From assembly GCF_006345805.1 (NCBI RefSeq), contig NW_021829247.1, forward strand, positions 1 to 6,733: 6,733 bases of DNA, in the 5' to 3' direction. This stretch comes from Octopus sinensis (Eukaryota). This document shows, piece by piece, positions 1 through 5,059 of this stretch. Position 1 is the stretch's first letter. Every line of letters begins with the position of its first letter. The position numbers and the translations under genes are program-made. The notes beneath the pieces are model-generated. The model made no database searches. It was not told the origin of the DNA and saw only the letters and a list, made by a program, of their open reading frames with translations.

Positions 1-61
1 TCTTTTTTAATATGCTAGACCACTGGTCTTAATTGATAAATATCAATTTCTACCCTTAATT

Positions 62-62
<1 letters not shown>

Positions 63-101
<39 letters not shown>

Positions 102-103
102 GG

Positions 104-129
<26 letters not shown>
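63..129. repeat. Compound microsatellite (TA)n + (GA)13
   Basis: Imperfect (TA)n at 63-101, then (GA)13 at 104-129, read directly. Confidence 0.97.
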
Positions 130-134
<5 letters not shown>

Positions 135-192
135 CATATCTGCCGTAAATTAATATGAGGATGCTAAAGACAAAACAGTTAAATATGTAAAC

Positions 193-265
193 GTACGAAA
201 CACCGCAAGTTTTAAAAATTTTGTTTGTCGTATGTTAAAATCTTCATTATGTATAATTGCAAATA
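193..265 (+). repeat. Dispersed old repeat, copy 1 (homologous to 4534-4606)
   Basis: Ungapped manual alignment to 4534-4606 gives 57/73 identities, including non-homopolymer words GTACGA, CGCA, TCGT and TTGCAAATA. Confidence 0.7.
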
Positions 266-682
266 TACATTATTGCTATTAATCTTAATAAACCTTCAAA
301 ATTCTATTGCGTATTATTGCTATGGAATTTATCGGTTCTTTGCACTTTCATAATTTCTTATTGCAGTGTGTTTTAATGAACGCATGAATATTCATCCAGT
401 AAATTTGCTTCGGCACCTCTTCCAGATTTTCACTTTTCAGCATGCTTTATAATTATGAAACTTACACCCGAGCATTATCTTTATTTTGGTTTTTCGAATT
501 GTTTCCATTTTATATTTATCATTTTGTAACAGAGCAATTGATTGAAACTTATTCAATTTTATTAAATTTTAGAAATTGAAAAGAAAAAAAATATTAAGAT
601 TCATTTCAAGACTCAGGTGCATTTTCAAGTAACCAACTCTCATCTATATCTATATCTCCAGCTACCTTTACATCTACACATG

Positions 683-737
683 TACTCTTTTACTCTTTTA
701 CTTGTTTCTGTTATTTGACAGCTGCCATGCTGAAGCA
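683..737 (-). mobile_element. SINE-type 3' tail fragment (same family as 3835-4234)
   Basis: Minus strand reads TGCTTCAGCATGGCAGCTGTCAAATAACAGAAACAAG-(TAAAAGAG)2-TA. This aligns with the tails of the other two SINE copies in the window (3835-3890 minus; ~4396-4444 plus: CAACATGG..CAAATAACTGAAACAACTAAAAGA). Confidence 0.85.
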
Positions 738-2260
738 TTCTCTATCACGATGATGGAGATGTCATCCGCATATGCCGTAGCTCCTCTTCCACACCATAGA
801 TCATGCGGTGCGCCCCCTAGTACCTCTAAATTCCGCATAAATTGTTCAAGAGCCAAAACATAAAAAAGCGGAGATACGGTATACCCTTGACACTCTGAGC
901 GCTCGATACTGAATGGCTTCGAAAGGAAACCGTTTACTTTTATGATAGACTCGTTGTCGCTGTACAACGCAGCAATCCAACCGCGGATGGTCAGGTCTAA
1001 GCCAACCTTCTCGAGGACTGCCGCCAAGTACCGATGGCCGACCCTATTAAATGCCTTAGACTGGTCTAAATGTACCAGTGCCTGCTCTGCACCAGAAAGC
1101 TTCCCAGCCTCTCTAAGGAGTATCGTATAAGGTGGAGACTGTCGTGGATCGCCCTGCCCGGGATAACGAATGTTTGTGCTTCCCCTCCAAGTCTGTCTAC
1201 GACCCGCGCCAACCTTTTCGCTAGCACCTCGGCCAAAGTCTTTAACTCTGTGTTCAGCAGAGTTATGGGCCTGAAACTCCCTATTCCATCCCACTTTTTC
1301 GGGTCCTTCTTGATCAACGTCACCACTCCACGGCTCGCAGACTTGGGAAATCTCCCATTCTACTGCCAATTGGAGTAGACGCTGGACAGCAGGTGCTCGA
1401 ACAAGTCTGGCATACTTTTGTAAAATTCAGAAGGCAGACCATTGAGACCCGACGACTTCTCCCCGGGGCATTCGCCCAGTACCTCGATCATATCCTCTGC
1501 TCTGATTGGCCCTTCATAGCACTCCGCCTCTAGTGCCGAGAGACGCGGGCTACCAGAGAGGAAGTCCCTAAGGGCTACACCATCACCCAGCCCCCCCCCC
1601 CGAACAACTAGGCAAAATGCTTGTGAAGCACCTCACATATCTCGTCCTGTCCATCGACTGAACACCCATTGTCATCAACGAGAGACCTAGTTGTTGAATT
1701 ATTGCCACGCTAGGTTTCTAGCGTACGGGCCGATCCGGCAACATTAATTCCCTCACGGCCCAATGCGCGTACTTTAGCCCGAATTCTGCACCCCTCATGT
1801 TTGGCTTTGAGGTGACAGGCCAAGGCCGTTCTCGCTGCAAAAATATGAGATGCACAACCCAATCTCAACGCCTCCTCTATGTCCTTAACTAGCTGCCCTT
1901 CTATTCTGGCCTTATCTAGTCTTAGCTGATGGCTAAACCTAACAGACTCAAAACGAATGGCTCTCTTGTGGGTGAACCATCATCGGTTATTAACCGGTTA
2001 TTCCTTTACCCGGCTACGGTATGCCTCCCAATTCGAAATAGACTCGTTTAGCTTCCAGTAGCCGGATCCTCTCTTAACTGTACTATGTTTGTCCAGTCTA
2101 CACTTAACCATTATATGGTCAGTGTAAGCTACTTGGACAAGCTGTGGACAGCTAAAACTAACATCACATGCTTATCGTGTGATCTGAGGTCGTCAAGGAA
2201 ACAAGCTTGTTTTCACTTCTTGCTCAGACCACGCATATTCAAACATAAAAGATTAAGTGC
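738..2260 (-). pseudogene. LINE ORF2 (APE endonuclease + reverse transcriptase) pseudogene
   Basis: Manual translation gives the EN start LCLNMRGL (~2248-2225), EN end SCPQ..YTDH (2126-2115), GYWKLN (2063-2046), KSSGLNGLPSEFY (1458-1420), RPITLLN (1272-1252), PGRAIHD, LDQSKAFNRV (from 1069), QGYTVSPLFY and YADD (772-761). There are six in-frame stops. Frameshifts occur at the EN junction (~2155), the C11 run (1591-1601) and ~1108. The track ORFs 1066-1326 and 698-1369 are two frames of this single RT. Confidence 0.95.
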
Positions 2261-2335
2261 AGCCAAAACAAGGAAAAAATTACAAGGGTTCAACTTACCC
2301 TTCACTGGGGATGTTGGGGCTGACCTCGCAACACA

Positions 2336-2819
2336 TTAGGCAGCCCTTTCTTCCTCCTCCTTCTTCAAATATCCTGGAAGGTCTGGGATACTCCTGATGG
2401 TCTTTGGATGCCTGTCCTTCAGTTGCCTGTAAAGGCCTTCTCCTATCCAGGCACATCTTTCTCTTAAGTCCGTGTGCTGTTCAAACAGCGTGCTGGTGTG
2501 GTGATCTTTTACAATGTTCTCAATGTATTTGTCTCTGGTGTCATATTTTACCAGGGTTTTCTGTTCGTTATCTTTCGTTCTTCCTTATGGGACAATGGGG
2601 CGGGGTCGTTTATTTTTTTTTGTGGTGTGGTGCTTCCTTTTTCGTTTTCACTTCTTGTGATATTTTTATATCACCCCCGACTTCTTTCATTTTTTCAAAA
2701 AGCTCGGAAAACTTTTCCTTTGGTAGTTCGACGTTTTCAGTAGCCACCGCGATAAATGCTGAAAATTTCTTAATTGGCTCTTCCAGTTAATTTTTCTCTG
2801 AAATTGTTTCGACCGACAT
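2336..2819 (-). pseudogene. Putative LINE ORF1 remnant (~160 aa, Lys/Glu-rich)
   Basis: Runs from ATG at 2819 to TAA at 2338-2336: MSVETISEKN*LEEPIKKFSAFIAVATENVELPKEKFSELFEKMKEVGGDIKISQEVKTKKEAPHHKK/fs/NKRPRPIVP*GRTKDNEQKTLVKYDTRDKYIENIVKDHHTSTLFEQHTDLRERCAWIGEGLYRQLKDRHPKTIRSIPDLPGYLKKEEEERAA*. The call rests on position (between the 5'UTR and ORF2) and long open stretches; I recognise no domain. Confidence 0.6.
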
Positions 2820-2852
2820 ATTCGTTGGAAATAAATTTATACATAATTTAAT

Positions 2853-3250
2853 CCCAGAAAACGGGAAACCTATAATTTTTTATTTTTTTTCCTCTCAATG
2901 AGGACAATAGTTCAAATCCCACCCCCGCTGGGGGCGAGACGTAACAGCAAAGCATACAACGGTCGAAATTAGATTTTTCATACAATAATAAAAATACGGT
3001 ATACCAAAAAAACGGGAAATATGTTTTGTTTTTTTGTTCTCACAAGGAGGATAACAGTTCAAATCTCACACGCGCTAGGGGCGGGGTGCCACAATAAAGC
3101 CTACAATGTCTAAAATTAAATTTTTCAGACAATGAATTGATTACCCCAAAAAACCGGGAAACCTATAATATATTTTTCCTCTTAATGAGGATAACAGTTC
3201 AATCCCACCCCCACTGGGGCGGGGGCGACAATAAAGCTTACAACGGCTTT
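2853..3250. repeat. Three tandem ~142-151-bp monomers in the LINE 5' UTR
   Basis: Anchor CGGGAAA at 2862, 3013 and 3155. Shared blocks are GAGGA(C/T)AA, AGTTCAA(A)TC, a C-rich/G-rich block and AAAGCnTACAA. Confidence 0.9.
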
Positions 3251-3482
3251 AACAAGTTCAATATTTCAACAATTCACAACTGCAAAAATGGCTTTACACA
3301 AACAATTACTTTCTCCCGTCACCGAGAAAAAGTACCAAAAAATTCTAAAGTTTGACAGCTCAATAATGTTCATGAGTTCGAAAATGTTTAACAATAAATA
3401 ATTCTCACGGAAAAAAAAATTATCCAACGTTCAACAAAACGTTTAACTCACCGCCAAAACAAAAACGTCTAACCGCGAGATA

Positions 3483-3520
3483 GGTATGCAGCTACTTACC
3501 ACGCAACCACTCATGCGCCT
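3483..3520 (-). mobile_element. SINE 5' head fragment (A-box region)
   Basis: Minus strand reads AGGCGCATGAGTGGTTGCGTGGTAAGTAGCTGCATACC, versus the full-length copy head AGGTGCAGGATTGGCTGTGTGCTAAGTAGCTTGCTTACC (4234 downward). Confidence 0.85.
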
Positions 3521-3568
3521 ACAAACACATACAAACATAATTATATCCTCTCTCCTCAAACTCACGCG

Positions 3569-3581
3569 CACACACACACAC

Positions 3582-3679
<98 letters not shown>

Positions 3680-3690
3680 TAAGTGTGTGT
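3569..3690. repeat. Compound microsatellite (CA)7-TG-(TA)~45-...-(GT)4
   Basis: (CA)7 at 3569-3582, (TA)n at 3585-3676 with one interruption at ~3645, (GT)4 at 3683-3690. Confidence 0.97.
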
Positions 3691-3834
3691 AGGCAGGGCT
3701 GTTGGGTAAGTAGCTTGGTTCGCAATCACAGTCCCACTGCGTAGCACCTTGAACAGGTGTCGTCTACTATAGAGTCGCAGCTCGTCAAAACTTTGTGAGT
3801 TGATTACGAAAGAAGCCTGTCGTATTATACACAT
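3691..3834 (+). mobile_element. SINE (host copy), 5' half; B-box deleted
   Basis: Reverse-complement homolog of 4080-4234 (GGTAAGTAGCTTG, GTCCCACTGCG, ACCTTGA, TTGTGAGTTGA, AAGAAGCCTGTCG). About 14 nt containing GGTTCA are missing at ~3730. Confidence 0.9.
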
Positions 3835-4234
3835 ATTCTTTTATTATTTTATTTGTTTCAATCATTTGACTGGCTATGCTGGAGCACAGCCTTTATTCGA
3901 GCAAATAGACCCCAGAGCTTACTCTTTGTAAGCCTAGTACTTATTATTCTACCGTTCTCTTTTACTGAACCGCTAACTTACGGGGACATAAACACACCAG
4001 CATCGGTTGCCAAACGATGCTGGAGGGAAAAACACAGACACACAAACATATACACACACACACACACACATATACATATTCGACGGGCTTCTTCCAGTTT
4101 CTTCAACTCACAAGGCTTTGGTCGGCCCGCGGCTATTCTAGAAGACGCATGCTCAAGGTACCACGCAGCGCGACTGAACCCATGACTATGTGGTTGGTAA
4201 GCAAGCTACTTAGCACACAGCCAATCCTGCACCT
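3835..4234 (-). mobile_element. Full-length tRNA-type SINE (octopus-like), inserted antisense into another copy
   Basis: A-box-like TGGCTGTGTGC (4223-4213), B-box-like GGTTCAGTCG (4180-4171), internal (TG)n tract (~4050-4070), body hairpin (3997-4023) and an A-rich tail ending ~3835. The resemblance to abundant octopus SINEs is from memory. Confidence 0.92.
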
Positions 4235-4444
4235 ATATGTATCTGTGTTTGTCACCCAGCACCGCATGACAACCGGTGTTAGTCTCTGTAGATTTCTGTA
4301 ACCTAGCAGTTCGGAAAAATAGACCAATATAATAAGTACCAGTTTTAACGTCCTACGGTCGATGTGTTACACTAAATAAGAACACTTCGATGCGGGGCCC
4401 CAACATGGTGTCGGGCAAATAACTGAAACAACTAAAAGATAAAG
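4235..4444 (+). mobile_element. SINE (host copy), 3' half
   Basis: Reverse-complement homolog of 3835-4050 (TCTGTGTTT..CCAGCACCG..CAACCG, AATAAGTAC, CAAATAACTGAAACAACTAAAAGATAAAG). It resumes where 3691-3834 stops. Confidence 0.85.
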
Positions 4445-4533
4445 TATATATATAATATAATTTTATAGTTTGCTTGAAGCATCGTATATGGAATATAATG
4501 TTGAAATATGTAAAAGGTTATGAACATATGTCG

Positions 4534-4606
4534 GTACGAGAGAACGCAGATTGTAAAAATTTTGTTTCTCGTTCGTAAAAATCTCCATCATTCCTAGTTG
4601 CAAATA
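4534..4606 (+). repeat. Dispersed old repeat, copy 2 (homologous to 193-265)
   Basis: 57/73 identity, ungapped, to 193-265. Confidence 0.7.
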
Positions 4607-4670
4607 CTATTTACCTCTGCAATTACTATTTAGCCTTCATTTACAAGCATTTATTTCATTAATATTGTTA

Positions 4671-5059
4671 GGATCTTTTCGGTTTGAGCGGCAGGTTTTC
4701 TAGCAGTGTCATATGAAATTGTCACCCATAATTATGACCCTAGTATCGGTCTATTGCATTTCAATCTGTTTTAGGGTTAGGGTTAGTTAGGGTTAGGGGT
4801 GGGGGGAAGGATATCTTTTTTTCTTCACAAATGTAAATAAACCCAATCTGTTTTTTACCTCAATAAACGTCATTGATTGGTTGAAATTGCAGAAATTGAA
4901 GAAGAAAAAACAACAAATATCTTACAAACTATAGAATTTTCTCAATAAAGCCAAGAGAAAAAGATGTTTTATAAACACATTCTACCAGTTTACGAAGTTG
5001 AAAATTTTTTTGTTACCTAGAAATTATGTTAAAAACTGCCGTTCAAACCGAAAAGATCC
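4671..5059. mobile_element. MITE / non-autonomous DNA transposon, 389 bp, 29-bp TIRs, 8-9 bp TSD (Mutator-like; Merlin or hAT not excluded)
   Basis: Left TIR GGATCTTTTCGGTTTGAGCGGCAGGTTTT (4671-4699) versus reverse complement of 5031-5059 GGATCTTTTCGGTTTGAACGGCAGTTTTT gives 27/29. Flanks are ATATTGTTA (4662-4670) and ATATTGTTT (5060-5068). No transposase ORF. Confidence 0.93.
4771..4806 (+). repeat. Telomere-like (TTAGGG) cluster plus G-run inside the MITE; canonical G-quadruplex motif
   Basis: TTAGGG TTAGGG TTAG TTAGGG TTAGGG GT GGGGGG. G-tracts of 3 or more lie at 4774, 4780, 4790, 4796 and 4801, with loops of 3, 7, 3 and 1 nt. Confidence 0.85.

Larger units (their letters stand above)
738..3482 (-). 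mobile_element. Non-LTR retrotransposon, L1/Tx1-like clade; internally deleted, 3'-truncated, inactive
   Basis: Collinear 5'UTR monomers, ORF1-like frame, APE endonuclease remnants, linker and RT motifs on the minus strand. The 5' boundary (~3465-3482) is inferred from the abutting SINE head; the 3' boundary is the SINE tail junction at 737/738. Confidence 0.9.

Noticed and set aside
449-600. Short matches to the MITE interior (ATAATTATGA; AGAAATTGAA..GAAAAAA)
   Set aside because: Low-complexity AT-rich words with inconsistent spacing (about 122 versus 163 bp) and no TIRs.
942-1378. Plus-strand ORFs 942-1130 and 1070-1378
   Set aside because: Antisense shadows of the GC-richer RT coding sequence; no motifs.
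2293-2298. Consensus splice donor GTAAGT in the LINE inter-ORF region (minus strand)
   Set aside because: A single 6-mer with no matching acceptor or transcript evidence.
2085-2339. Plus-strand 84-aa ORF containing SYLD, reminiscent of an endonuclease motif
   Set aside because: Wrong strand relative to all genuine EN and RT motifs; coincidental.
2404-2790. Hydrophobic, membrane-protein-looking plus-strand ORFs (2404-2790, 2474-2743)
   Set aside because: The Phe/Leu richness is the reverse complement of the A-rich, Lys/Glu-rich ORF1 on the minus strand.
2853-3250. Monomer array as a CRISPR array or tRNA gene cluster
   Set aside because: Eukaryotic context; units are long, diverged along their whole length and lack unique spacers. 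There is no A-box, T-stem or acceptor stem for a tRNA.
665-3540. Target-site duplication around the SINE-LINE-SINE composite
   Set aside because: Flanks (CTACACATG at ~674-682 versus ACAAACACAT at 3521-3530) are only loosely similar CA-rich sequence; no exact duplication can be called.
3486-4327. ORFs with YIYIYI or THTHTH runs and ORFs 3853-4185, 4017-4301, 4133-4327
   Set aside because: Translations of microsatellites and SINE sequence.
4771-4806. True telomere or chromosome-fusion scar
   Set aside because: Only four units, one orientation, internal to a TIR-bounded element.
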